Under the pieces are notes generated by a model, which made no database searches, was not told the DNA's origin, and saw only the letters and a program-made list of their open reading frames with translations. Position numbers and translations under genes: made by a program. Positions 37,901-52,900 of a stretch of DNA of 64,000 bases are shown here, piece after piece. Origin of the DNA: Balanoglossus misakiensis (lineage: Eukaryota; Animalia; Hemichordata); contig CM082593.2 of assembly GCA_040954595.2 (NCBI GenBank), positions 10,053,200 to 10,117,199 of the forward strand. Reading direction: 5' to 3'. Position 1 is the first letter of the stretch, and each line of letters starts with the position of its first letter.

Positions 37901-40900
37901 TTGTCATTTTTTGATGATTTTCACCCATGTTTTTTTCAAAATTGAACGAACCCATGATTTTTTTCAAAAATCGACAAAATTTTGAGATTTTGCAAAGTCG
38001 AAAATTTGTCATTTTTTGATGATTTTCACCCATGATTTTTCTCAAAAATCGACGAAATTTTGAGATTTTGCAAAGTCGAAAATTTGTCATTTTTTGATGA
38101 TTTTCACCCATGATTTTTCTCAAAAATCGACGAAATTTTGAGATTTTGCAAAGTCGAAAATTTTTCATTTTTTGATGATTTTAACCCATGATTTTTTTCA
38201 AAAATTTACGAAATTTTGAGATTTTGCAAAGTCGAAAATTTGTCATTTTTTGATGATTTTCACCCATGTTTTTTTTTTCAAAAATCGACGAAATTTTGAG
38301 ATTTTGCAAAGACGAAAATTTGTAATTTTTTGATGATTTTCACCCATGACTTTTTTCAAAAATTTACGAAATTTTGAGATTTTGCAAAGTCGAAAATTTG
38401 TCATTTTTTGATGATTTTCACCCATGTTTTTTTTTTCAAAAATCGACGAAATTTTGAGATTTTGCAAATTCGAAAATTTGTAATTTTTTGCTGATTTTCA
38501 CCCATGTTTTTTTTCAAAAATCAACGAACCCATGATTTTTTTTCAAAAATCGACAAAATTTTGAGATTTTGCAAAGTCGAAAATTTGTCATTTTTAGATG
38601 ATTTTCACCCATGTTTTTTCTCAAAAATCGACGAAATTTTTGAGATTTTGCAAAGTCGAAAATTTGTCATTTTTTGATGATTTTCACCCATGTTTTTTTT
38701 TCAAAAATCGACGAAATTTTGAGATTTTGCAAAGTCGAAAATTTGTCATTTATTAATGATTTTCACCCATGATTTTTTTTCAAAAATCGACAAAATTTTG
38801 AGATTTTGCAAAGTCGAAAATTTGTCATTTTTTGATGATTTTCACCCATGATTTTTTTTCAAAAATCGACGAAATTTTGAGATTTTGCAAAGTCGAAAAT
38901 TTGTCATTTATTAATGATTTTCACCCATGATTTTTTTTCAAAAATCGACAAAATTTTGAGATTTTGCAAAGTCGAAAATTTGTAATTTTTTGATGATTTT
39001 CACTCATGTTTTTTTTCAAAAATCAACGAACCCATGATTTTTTTTCAAAAATTGACAAAATTTTGAGATTTTGCAAAGTCGAAAATTTGTCATTTTTTGA
39101 TGATTTTCACCCATGTTTTTTCTCAAAAATCGACGAAATTTTTGAGATTTTGCAAAGTCGAAAATTTGTCATTTTTTGATGATTTTCACCCATGATTTTT
39201 TTTCAAAAATCGACGAAATTTTGAGATTTTGCAAAGTCGAAAATTTGTCATTTTTTGATGATTTTCACCCATGATTTTTTTCAAAAATCGACGAAATTTT
39301 GAGATTTTGCAAAGTCGAAAATTTGTCTTTTTTTGATGATTTTCACCCATGATTTTTTTCAAAAATCGACAAAATTTTTAGATTTTGCAAAGTAAAAAAT
39401 TTGTAATTTTTTGATGATTTTTACCCATGATTTTTTTTGTTGAAAAATCGACGAAATTTTGAGATTTTGCAAAGACGAAAATTTGTAATTTTTTGATGAT
39501 TTTCACCCATGACTTTTTTCAAAAATTTACGAAATTTTGAGATTTTGCAAAGTCGAAAATTTGTCATTTTTTGATGATTTTCACCCATGTTTTTTTTTTC
39601 AAAAATCGACGAAATTTTGAGATTTTGCAAATTCGAAAATTTGTAATTTTTTGATGATTTTCACCCATGTTTTTTTTCAAAAATCAACGAACCCATGATT
39701 TTTTTTCAAAAAAGGACAAAATTTTGAGATTTTGCAAAGTCGAAAATTTGTCATTTTTTGATGATTTTCACCCATGATTTTTCTCAAAAATCGACGAAAT
39801 TTTGAGATTTTGGAAAGTCGAAAATTTGTCATTTTTTGATGATTTTCACCCATGATTTTTTTTCAAAAATCGACGAAATTTTGAGATTTTGCAAAGTCGA
39901 AAATTTGTCATTTATTAATGATTTTCACCCATGATTATTTTTCAAAAATCGACAAAATATTGAGATTTTGCAAAGTCGAAAATTTGTAATTTTTTGATGA
40001 TTTTCACCCATGTTTTTTTTCAAAATTGAACGAACCCATGATTTTTTTCAAAAATCGACGAAATTTTGAGATTTTGCAAAGTCGAAAATTTGTGATTTTT
40101 TGATGATTTTCACCCATGATTTTTTTCAAAAATCGACAAAATTTTTAGATTTTGCAAAGTCGAAAATTTGTCATTTTTTGATTATTTTCACCCATGATTT
40201 TTTTCAAAAATCGACAAAATTTTTAGATTTTGCAAAGTCGAAAATTTGTCATTTTTTGATGATTTTCACCATGATTTTTTTTTTAAAAATCGACGAAATT
40301 TTGAGATTTTGCAAAGACGAAAATTTGTCATTTTTTGATGATTTTCACCCATGATTTTTTTTCAAAAATGTACGAAATTTTGAGATTTTGCAAAGTCGAA
40401 AATTTGTCATTTTTTGATGATTTTCACCCATGTTTTTTTTTCAAAAATCGACAAAATTTTGAGATTTTGCAAAGTCGAAAATTTGTAATTTTTTGATGAT
40501 TTTCACCAATGTTTTTTTTTAAAAATCAACGAACCCATGATTTTTTTCAAAAATTGACAACATTTTGAGATTTTGCAAAGTCGAAAATTTGTCATTTTTT
40601 GATGATTTTCACCCATGATTTTTTTCAAAAATCGACGAAATTTTGAGATTTTGCAAAGTCGAAAATTTGTCATTTTTTGATGATTTTCACCCATGATTTT
40701 TTTTTCAAAAATCGACAAAATTTTTAGATTTTGCAAAGTCGAAAATTTGTCATTTTTTGATGATTTTCACCATGATTTTTTTTTAAAAAATCGACGAAAT
40801 TTTGAGATTTTGCAAAGTCGAAAATTTGTCATTTTTTGATGATTTTCACCCATGATTTTTTTCAAAAATCGACGAAATTTGAGATTTTGCAAAGTCGAAA

Positions 40901-43900
40901 ATTTGTCATTTTTTGATGATTTTCACCCATGATTTTTTTCAAAAATCGACGAAATTTTGAGATTTTGCAAAGTCGAAAATTTGTCATTTTTTGATGATTT
41001 TCACCCATGTTTTTTTCAAAATTGAACGAACCCATGATTTTTTTCAAAAATCGACAAAATTTTGAGATTTTGCAAAGTCGAAAATTTGTCATTTTTTGAT
41101 GATTTTCACCCATGATTTTTCTCAAAAATCGACGAAATTTTGAGATTTTGCAAAGTCGAAAATTTGTCATTTTTTGATGATTTTCACCCATGATTTTTCT
41201 CAAAAATCGACGAAATTTTGAGATTTTGCAAAGTCGAAAATTTTTCATTTTTTGATGATTTTAACCCATGATTTTTTTCAAAAATCGACGAAATTTGAGA
41301 TTTTGCAAAGTCGAAAATTTGTCATTTTTTGATGATTTTCACCCATGTTTTTTTTCAAAAATCAACGAACCCATGATTTTTTTTCAAAAAAGGACAAAAT
41401 TTTGAGATTTTGCAAAGTCGAAAATTTGTCATTTTTTGATGATTTTCACCCATGATTTTTCTCAAAAATCGACGAAATTTTGAGATTTTGGAAAGTCGAA
41501 AATTTGTCATTTTTTGATGATTTTCACCCATGATTTTTTTTCAAAAATCGACGAAATTTTGAGATTTTGCAAAGTCGAAAATTTGTCATTTATTAATGAT
41601 TTTCACCCATGATTATTTTTCAAAAATCGACAAAATTTTGAGATTTTGCAAAGTCGAAAATTTGTAATTTTTTGATGATTTTCACCCATGTTTTTTTTCA
41701 AAATTGAACGAACCCATGATTTTTTTCAAAAATCGACGAAATTTTGAGATTTTGCAAAGTCGAAAATTTGTGATTTTTTGATGATTTTCACCCATGATTT
41801 TTTTCAAAAATCGACAAAATTTTTAGATTTTGCAAAGTCGAAAAATTGTCATTTTTTGATTATTTTCACCCATGATTTTTTTCAAAAATCGACAAAATTT
41901 TTAGATTTTGCAAAGTCGAAAATTTGTCATTTTTTGATGATTTTCACCATGATTTTTTTTTTAAAAATCGACGAAATTTTGAGATTTTGCAAAGACGAAA
42001 ATTTGTCATTTTTTGATGATTTTCACCCATGATTTTTTTTCAAAAATGTACGAAATTTTGAGATTTTGCAAAGTCGAAAATTTGTCATTTTTTGATGATT
42101 TTCACCCATGATTTTTTTCAAAAATCGACAAAATTTTGAGATTTTGCAAAGACGAAAATTTGTCATTTTTTGATGATTTTCACCCATGATTTTTTTCAAA
42201 AGTCGACGAAATTTTGAGATTTTGCAAAGACAAAAATTTTTCATTTTTTGATGATTTTCACCGGTGATTTTTTTCAAAAATCGACAAAATTTTGAGATTT
42301 TGCAAAGTCGAAAATTTGACATTTTTTGATGATTTTCACCCATGTTTTTTTTTCAAAAATCAACGAACCCATGATTTTTTTTCAAAAATCGACGAAATTT
42401 AGAGATTTTGCAAAGTCGAAAATTTGTCATTTCTTAATGATTTTCACCCATGTTTTTTTTTCAAAAATCGACAAAATTTTGAGATTTTGCAAAGTCGAAA
42501 ATTTGTAATTTTTTGATGATTTTCACCAATGTTTTTTTTTAAAAATCAACGAACCCATGATTTTTTTCAAAAATTGACAACATTTTGAGATTTTGCAAAG
42601 TCGAAAATTTGTCATTTTTTGATGATTTTCACCCATGATTTTTTTCAAAAATCGACGAAATTTTGAGATTTTGCAAAGTCGAAAATTTGTCATTTTTTGA
42701 TGATTTTCACCCATGATTTTTTTTTCAAAAATCGACAAAATTTTTAGATTTTGCAAAGTCGAAAATTTGTCATTTTTTGATGATTTTCACCATGATTTTT
42801 TTTTAAAAAATCGACGAAATTTTGAGATTTTGCAAAGTCGAAAATTTGTCATTTTTTGATGATTTTCACCCATGATTTTTTTCAAAAATCGACGAAATTT
42901 GAGATTTTGCAAAGTCGAAAATTTGTCATTTTTTGATGATTTTCACCCATGATTTTTTTCAAAAATCGACGAAATTTTGAGATTTTGCAAAGTCGAAAAT
43001 TTTTCATTTTTTGATGATTTTCACCCATGTTTTTTTCAAAATTGAACGAACCCATGATTTTTTTCAAAAATCGACAAAATTTTGAGATTTTGCAAAGTCG
43101 AAAATTTGTCATTTTTTGATGATTTTCACCCATGATTTTTCTCAAAAATCGACGAAATTTTGAGATTTTGCAAAGTCGAAAATTTGTCATTTTTTGATGA
43201 TTTTCACCCATGATTTTTCTCAAAAATCGACGAAATTTTGAGATTTTGCAAAGTCGAAAATTTTTCATTTTTTGATGATTTTAACCCATGATTTTTTTCA
43301 AAAATCGACGAAATTTGAGATTTTGCAAAGTCGAAAATTTGTCATTTTTTGATGATTTTCACCCATGTTTTTTTCAAAATTGAACGAACCCATGATATTT
43401 TTCAAAAATCGACGAAATTTTTAGATTTTGCAAAGTCGAAAATTTGTCATTTTTTGATTATTTTCACCCATGATTTTTTTCAAAAATCGACAAAATTTTT
43501 AGATTTTGCAAAGTCGAAAATTTGTCATTTTTTGATGATTTTCACCATGATTTTTTTTCAAAAATGTACGAAATTTTGAGATTTTGCAAAGTCGAAAATT
43601 TGTCATTTTTTGATGATTTTCACCCATGATTTTTTTCAAAAATCGACAAAATTTTGAGATTTTGCAAAGACGAAAATTTGTCATTTTTTGATGATTTTCA
43701 CCCATGATTTTTTTCAAAAGTCGACGAAATTTTGAGATTTTGCAAAGACAAAAATTTTTCATTTTTTGATGATTTTCACCCGTGATATTTTTCAAAAATC
43801 GACAAAATTTTGAGATTTTGCAAAGTCGAAAATTTGACATTTTTTGATGATTTTCACCCATGTTTTTTTTTCAAAAATCAACGAACCCATGATTTTTTTT

Positions 43901-46900
43901 CAAAAATCGACGAAATTTAGAGATTTTGCAAAGTCGAAAATTTGTCATTTTTTGATGATTTTCACCCATGATTTTTTTCAAAAATGGACGAAATTTTGAG
44001 ATTTTGCAAAGTCGAAAATTTGTCATTTTTTGATGATTTTCACCCATGATTTTTTTTTCAAAAACCGACAAAATTTTGAGATTTTGCAAAGTCGAAAATT
44101 TGTCATTTTTTGATTATTTTCACCCATGATTTTTTTCAAAAATCGACAAAATTTTTAGATTTTGCAAAGTCGAAAATTTGTCATTTTTTGATGATTTTCA
44201 CCATGATTTTTTTTTTAAAAATCGACGAAATTTTGAGATTTTGCAAAGTCGAAAATTTGTCATTTTTTAATGATTTTCACCCATGATTTTTTTCAAAAAT
44301 CGACGAAATTTGAGATTTTGCAAAGTCGAAAATTTGTCATTTTTTGATGATTTTCACCCATGATTTTTTTCAAAAATAGACGAAATTTGAGATTTTGCAA
44401 ATTCGAAAATTTGTAATTTTTTGATGATTTTCACCAATGTTTTTTTTTAAAAATCAACGAACCCATGATTTTTTTCAAAAATTGACAACATTTTGAGATT
44501 TTGCAAAGTCGAAAATTTGTCATTTTTTGATGATTTTCACCCATGATTTTTTTCAAAAATCGACGAAATTTTGAGATTTTGCAAAGTCGAAAATTTGTCA
44601 TTTTTTGATGATTTTCACCCATGATTTTTTTTTCAAAAATCGACAAAATTTTTAGATTTTGCAAAGTCGAAAATTTGTCATTTTTTGATGATTTTCACCA
44701 TGATTTTTTTTTAAAAAATCGACGAAATTTTGAGATTTTGCAAAGTCGAAAATTTGTCATTTTTTGATGATTTTCACCCATGATTTTTTTCAAAAATCGA
44801 CGAAATTTGAGATTTTGCAAAGTCGAAAATTTGTCATTTTTTGATGATTTTCACCCATGATTTTTTTCAAAAATCGACGAAATTTTGAGATTTTGCAAAG
44901 TCGAAAATTTGTCATTTTTTGATGATTTTCACCCATGTTTTTTTCAAAATTGAACGAACCCATGATTTTTTTCAAAAATCGACAAAATTTTGAGATTTTG
45001 CAAAGTCGAAAATTTGTCATTTTTTGATGATTTTCACCCATGATTTTTCTCAAAAATCGACGAAATTTTGAGATTTTGCAAAGTCGAAAATTTGTCATTT
45101 TTTGATGATTTTCACCCATGATTTTTCTCAAAAATCGACGAAATTTTGAGATTTTGCAAAGTCGAAAATTTTTCATTTTTTGATGATTTTAACCCATGAT
45201 TTTTTCAAAAATCGACGAAATTTGAGATTTTGCAAAGTCGAAAATTTGTCATTTTTTGATGATTTTCACCCATGTTTTTTTCAAAATTGAACGAACCCAT
45301 GATATTTTTCAAAAATCGACGAAATTTTTAGATTTTGCAAAGTCGAAAATTTGTCATTTTTTGATTATTTTCACCCATGATTTTTTTCAAAAATCGACAA
45401 AATTTTTAGATTTTGCAAAGTCGAAAATTTGTCATTTTTTGATGATTTTCACCATGATTTTTTTTCAAAAATGTACGAAATTTTGAGATTTTGCAAAGTC
45501 GAAAATTTGTCATTTTTTGATGATTTTCACCCATGATTTTTTTCAAAAATCGACAAAATTTTGAGATTTTGCAAAGACGAAAATTTGTCATTTTTTGATG
45601 ATTTTCACCCATGATTTTTTTCAAAAGTCGACGAAATTTTGAGATTTTGCAAAGACAAAAATTTTTCATTTTTTGATGATTTTCACCCGTGATATTTTTC
45701 AAAAATCGACAAAATTTTGAGATTTTGCAAAGTCGAAAATTTGACATTTTTTGATGATTTTCACCCATGTTTTTTTTTCAAAAATCAACGAACCCATGAT
45801 TTTTTTTCAAAAATCGACGAAATTTAGAGATTTTGCAAAGTCGAAAATTTGTCATTTCTTAATGATTTTCACCCATGTTTTTTTTTCAAAAATCGACAAA
45901 ATTTTGAGATTTTGCAAAGTCGAAAATTTGTAATTTTTTGATGATTTTCACCAATGTTTTTTTTTAAAAATCAACGAACCCATGATTTTTTTCAAAAATT
46001 GACAACATTTTGAGATTTTGCAAAGTCGAAAATTTGTCATTTTTTGATGATTTTCACCCATGATTTTTTTCAAAAATGGACGAAATTTTGAGATTTTGCA
46101 AAGTCGAAAATTTGTCATTTTTTGATGATTTTCACCCATGATTTTTTTTTCAAAAACCGACAAAATTTTGAGATTTTGCAAAGTCGAAAATTTGTCATTT
46201 TTTGATTATTTTCACCCATGATTTTTTTCAAAAATCGACAAAATTTTTAGATTTTGCAAAGTCGAAAATTTGTCATTTTTTGATGATTTTCACCATGATT
46301 TTTTTTTTAAAAATCGACGAAATTTTGAGATTTTGCAAAGTCGAAAATTTGTCATTTTTTGATGATTTTCACCCATGATTTTTTTCAAAAATCGACGAAA
46401 TTTGAGATTTTGCAAAGTCGAAAATTTGTCATTTTTTGATGATTTTCACCCATGATTTTTTTCAAAAATAGACGAAATTTGAGATTTTGCAAATTCGAAA
46501 ATTTGTAATTTTTTGTTGATTTTCACCCTTTTTTTTCAAAAATCAACGAACCCATGATTTTTTTTCAAAAATCGACAAAATTTTGAGATTTTGCAAAGCC
46601 GAAAATTTGTCATTTTTTGATGATTTTCACCCATGATTTTTCTCAAAAATCGACGAAATTTTGAGATTTTGCAAAGACGAAAATTTGTCATTTTTTGATG
46701 ATTTTCACCCATGATTTTTTTCAAAAATCTGCGAAATTTTGAGATTTTGCAAAGTCGAAAATTTGTCATTTATTAATGATTTTCACCCATGATTTTTTTC
46801 AAAAATCGACGAAATTTGAGATTTTGCAAATTCGAAAATTTGTAATTTTTTGTTGATTTTCACCCTTTTTTTTCAAAAATCAACGAACCCATGATTTTTT

Positions 46901-49900
46901 TTCAAAAATCGACAAAATTTTGAGATTTTGCAAAGCCGAAAATTTGTCATTTTTTGATGATTTTCACCCATGATTTTTCTCAAAAATCGACGAAATTTTG
47001 AGATTTTGCAAAGTCGAAAATTTTTCATTTTTTGATGATTTTCACCCATGATTTTTTTCAAAAATCTACGAAATTTTGAGATTTTGCAAAGTCGAAAATT
47101 TGTCATTTTTTGATGATTTTCACCCATGATTTTTTTTAAAAATCTGCGAAATTTTGAGATTTTGCAAAGTCGAAAATTTGTCATTTATTAATGATTTTCA
47201 CCCATGATTTTTTTTCAAAAATCGACAAAATTTTGAGATTTTGCAAAGTCGAAAATTTGTAATTTTTTGATGATTTTCACCCATGTTTTTTTTCAAAAAT
47301 CAACGAACCCATGATTTTTTTCAAAAATCGACAACATTTTGAGATTTTGCAAAGTCGAAAATTTGTAATTTTTTGATGATTTTCACCCATGTTTTTTTTA
47401 AAATTGAACGAACCCATGATTTTTTTCAAAAATCGACGAAATTTTTAGATTTTGCAAAGTCGAAAATTTGTCATTTTTTGATGATTTTCACCCATGATTT
47501 TTCTCAAAAATCGACGAAATTTTGAGATTTTGCAAAGTCGAAAATTTTTCATTTTTTGATGATTTTCACCCATGATTTTTTTCAAAAATCTACGAAATTT
47601 TGAGATTTTGCAAAGTCGAAAATTTGTCATTTTTTGATGATTTTCACCCATGATTTTTTTTAAAAATCTGCGAAATTTTGAGATTTTGCAAAGTCGAAAA
47701 TTTGTCATTTATTAATGATTTTCACCCATGATTTTTTTTCAAAAATCGACAAAATTTTGAGATTTTGCAAAGTCGAAAATTTGTAATTTTTTGATGATTT
47801 TCACCCATGTTTTTTTTCAAAAATCAACGAACCCATGATTTTTTTCAAAAATCGACAACATTTTGAGATTTTGCAAAGTCGAAAATTTGTCATTTTTTGA
47901 TGATTTTCACCCATGATTTTTCTCAAAAATCGACGAAATTTTGAGATTTTGCAAAGTCGAAAATTTTTCATTTTTTGATGATTTTCACCCATGATTCTTT
48001 TCAAAAATCTACGAAATTTTGAGATTTTGCAAAGTCGAAAATTTGTCATTTTTTGATGATTTTCACCCATGATTTTTTTTCAAAAATCTGCGAAATTTTG
48101 AGATTTTGCAAAGTCGAAAATTTGTCATTTTTTGATGATTTTCACCCATGATTTTTTTTCAAAAAATCGACGAAATTTTGAGATTTTGCAAAGTCGAAAA
48201 TTTGTCATTTTTTGATTATTTTCAACCATGATTTTTTTCAAAAATCAACGAACCCATGATTTTTTTTCAAAAATCGACAAAATTTTGAGATTTTGCAAAG
48301 TCGAAAATTTGTCATTTTTTGATGATTTTCACCCATGATTTTTTTTCAAAAATCGACGAAATTTTGAGATTTTGCAAAGTCGAAAATTTGTAATTTTTTG
48401 ATGATTTTCACCCATGTTTTTTTTCAAAATTGAACGAACCCATGATTTTTTTCAAAAATCGACGAAATTTTGAGATTTTGCAAAGACGAAAATTTGTAAT
48501 TTTTTGATGATTTTCACCCATGACTTTTTTTCAAAAATTTACGAAATTTTGAGATTTTGCAAAGTCGAAAATTTGTCATTTTTTGATGATTTTCACCCAT
48601 GATTTTTCTCAAAAATCGACGAAATTTTGAGATTTTGGAAAGTCGAAAATTTGTCATTTTTTGATGATTTTCACCCATGATTTTTTTTCAAAAATTGACG
48701 AAATTTTGAGATTTTGCAAAGTCGAAAATTTGTCATTTATTAATGATTTTCACCGATGATTTTTTTTTCAAAAATAGACAAAATTTTGAGATTTTGCAAA
48801 GTCGAAAATTTGTAATTTTTTGATGATTTTCACCCATGTTTTTTTCAAAATTGAACGAACCCATGATTTTTTTCAAAAATCGACGAAATTTTTAGATTTT
48901 GCAAAGTCGAAAATTTGTCATTTTTGATGATTTTCACCCATGATTTTTTTCAAAAATCGACGAAATTTTGAGATTTTGCAAAGTCGAAAATTTGTCATTT
49001 TTGATGATTTTCACCCATGATTTTTTTCAAAAATCGACGAAATTTTTAGATTTTGCAAAGTCGAAAATTTGTAATTTTTTGATGATTTTTACCCATGATT
49101 TTTTTTTCAAAAATCGACGAAATTTTGAGATTTTGCAAAGACGAAAATTTGTCATTTTTTGATGAATTTCACCCATGACTTTTTTTCAAAAATTTACGAA
49201 ATTTTTAGATTTTGCAAAGTCGAAAATTTGTCATTTTTTGATGATTTTCACCCATGTTTTTTTTTTCAAAAATCGACGAAATTTTGAGATTTTGCAAATT
49301 CGAAAATTTGTAATTTTTTGATGATTTTCACCCATGTTTTTTTTCAAAAATCAACGAACCCATGATTTTTTTTCAAAAAAGGACAAAATTTTGAGATTTT
49401 GCAAAGTCGAAAATTTGTCATTTTTTGATGATTTTCACCCATGATTTTTCTCAAAAATCGACGAAATTTTGAGATTTTGGAAAGTCGAAAATTTGTCATT
49501 TTTTGATGATTTTCACCCATGATTTTTTTTCAAAAATCGACGAAATTTTGAGATTTTGCAAAGTCGAAAATTTGTCATTTATTAATGATTTTCACCCATG
49601 ATTATTTTTCAAAAATCGACAAAATTTTGAGATTTTGCAAAGTCGAAAATTTGTAATTTTTTGATGATTTTCACCCATGTTTTTTTTCAAAATTGAACGA
49701 ACCCATGATTTTTTTCAAAAATCGACGAAATTTTGAGATTTTGCAAAGTCGAAAATTTGTGATTTTTTGATGATTTTCACCCATGATTTTTTTCAAAAAT
49801 CGACAAAATTTTTAGATTTTGCAAAGTCGAAAATTTGTCATTTTTTGATTATTTTCACCCATGATTTTTTTCAAAAATCGACAAAATTTTTAGATTTTGC

Positions 49901-52900
49901 AAAGTCGAAAATTTGTCATTTTTTGATGATTTTCACCATGATTTTTTTTCAAAAATGTACGAAATTTTGAGATTTTGCAAAGTCGAAAATTTGTCATTTT
50001 TTGATGATTTTCACCCATGATTTTTTTCAAAAATCGACAAAATTTTGAGATTTTGCAAAGACGAAAATTTGTCATTTTTTGATGATTTTCACCCATGATT
50101 TTTTTCAAAAGTCGACGAAATTTTGAGATTTTGCAAAGACAAAAATTTTTCATTTTTTGATGATTTTCACCCGTGATATTTTTCAAAAATCGACAAAATT
50201 TTGAGATTTTGCAAAGTCGAAAATTTGACATTTTTTGATGATTTTCACCCATGTTTTTTTTTCAAAAATCAACGAACCCATGATTTTTTTTCAAAAATCG
50301 ACGAAATTTAGAGATTTTGCAAAGTCGAAAATTTGTCATTTCTTAATGATTTTCACCCATGTTTTTTTTTCAAAAATCGACAAAATTTTGAGATTTTGCA
50401 AAGTCGAAAATTTGTAATTTTTTGATGATTTTCACCAATGTTTTTTTTTAAAAATCAACGAACCCATGATTTTTTTCAAAAATTGACAACATTTTGAGAT
50501 TTTGCAAAGTCGAAAATTTGTCATTTTTTGATGATTTTCACCCATGATTTTTTTCAAAAATGGACGAAATTTTGAGATTTTGCAAAGTCGAAAATTTTTC
50601 ATTTTTTGATGATTTTCACCCATGATTTTTTTAAAAAATCGACGAAATTTTGAGATTTTGCAAAGACGAAAATTTGTAATTTTTTGATGATTTTCACCCA
50701 TGACTTTTTTTCAAAAATTTACGAAATTTTGAGATTTTGCAAAGTCGAAAATTTGTCATTTTTTGATGATTTTCACCCATGATTTTTCTCAAAAATCGAC
50801 GAAATTTTTAGATTTTGCAAAGTCGAAAATTTGTCATTTTTTGATGATTTTCACCATGATTTTTTTTCAAAAATGTACGAAATTTTGAGATTTTGCAAAG
50901 TCGAAAATTTGTCATTTTTTGATGATTTTCACCCATGATTTTTTTCAAAAATCGACAAAATTTTGAGATTTTGCAAAGACGAAAATTTGTCATTTTTTGA
51001 TGATTTTCACCCATGATTTTTTTCAAAAGTCGACGAAATTTTGAGATTTTGCAAAGTCGAAAATTTGTCATTTTTTGATGATTTTCACCCATGATTTTTT
51101 TCAAAAATCGACGAAATTTTGAGATTTTGCAAAGTCGAAAATTTGTCATTTTTGCTGATTTTCACCCATGATTTTTTTCAAAAATCGACGAAATTTTTAG
51201 ATTTTGCAAAGTCGAAAATTTGTCATTTTTTGATGATTTTCACCCATGTTTTTTTTTTCAAAAATCGACGAAATTTTGAGATTTTGCAAATTCGAAAATT
51301 TGTAATTTTTTGATGATTTTCACCCATGTTTTTTTTCAAAAATCAACGAACCCATGATTTTTTTTCAAAAAAGGACAAAATTTTGAGATTTTGCAAAGTC
51401 GAAAATTTGTCATTTTTTGATGATTTTCACCCATGATTTTTTTTCAAAAATCTGCGAAATTTTGAGATTTTGCAAAGTCGAAAATTTGTCATTTTTTGAT
51501 GATTTTCACCCATGATTTTTTTTCAAAAAATCGACGAAATTTTGAGATTTTGCAAAGTCGAAAATTTGTCATTTTTTGATTATTTTCAACCATGATTTTT
51601 TTCAAAAATCAACGAACCCATGATTTTTTTTCAAAAATCGACAAAATTTTGAGATTTTGCAAAGTCGAAAATTTGTCATTTTTTGATGATTTTCACCCAT
51701 GATTTTTTTTCAAAAATCGACGAAATTTTGAGATTTTGCAAAGTCGAAAATTTGTAATTTTTTGATGATTTTCACCCATGTTTTTTTTCAAAATTGAACG
51801 AACCCATGATTTTTTTCAAAAATCGACGAAATTTTGAGATTTTGCAAAGACGAAAATTTGTAATTTTTTGATGATTTTCACCCATGACTTTTTTTCAAAA
51901 ATTTACGAAATTTTGAGATTTTGCAAAGTCGAAAATTTGTCATTTTTTGATGATTTTCACCCATGATTTTTCTCAAAAATCGACGAAATTTTTAGATTTT
52001 GCAAAGTCGAAAATTTGTCATTTTTTGATGATTTTCACCATGATTTTTTTTCAAAAATGTACGAAATTTTGAGATTTTGCAAAGTCGAAAATTTGTCATT
52101 TTTTGATGATTTTCACCCATGATTTTTTTCAAAAATCGACAAAATTTTGAGATTTTGCAAAGACGAAAATTTGTCATTTTTTGATGATTTTCACCCATGA
52201 TTTTTTTCAAAAGTCGACGAAATTTTGAGATTTTGCAAAGACTAAAATTTTTCATTTTTTGATGATTTTCACCCGTGATATTTTTCAAAAATCGACAAAA
52301 TTTTGAGATTTTGCAAAGTCGAAAATTTGACATTTTTTGATGATTTTCACCCATGTTTTTTTTTCAAAAATCAACGAACCCATGATTTTTTTTCAAAAAT
52401 CGACGAAATTTAGAGATTTTGCAAAGTCGAAAATTTGTCATTTCTTAATGATTTTCACCCATGTTTTTTTTTCAAAAATCGACAAAATTTTGAGATTTTG
52501 CAAAGTCGAAAATTTGTAATTTTTTGATGATTTTCACCAGTTTTTTTTTAAAAATCAACGAACCCATGATTTTTTTCAAAAATTGACAACATTTTGAGAT
52601 TTTGCAAAGTCGAAAATTTGTCATTTTTTGATGATTTTCACCCATGATTTTTTTCAAAAATGGACGAAATTTTGAGATTTTGCAAAGTCGAAAATTTTTC
52701 ATTTTTTGATGATTTTCACCCATGATTTTTTTCAAAAATCTACGAAATTTTGAGATTTTGCAAAGTCGAAAATTTGTCATTTTTTGATGATTTTCACCCA
52801 TGATTTTTTTTCAAAAATCTGCGAAATTTTGAGATTTTGCAAAGTCGAAAATTTGTCATTTTTTGATGATTTTCACCCATGATTTTTTTTCAAAAAATCG

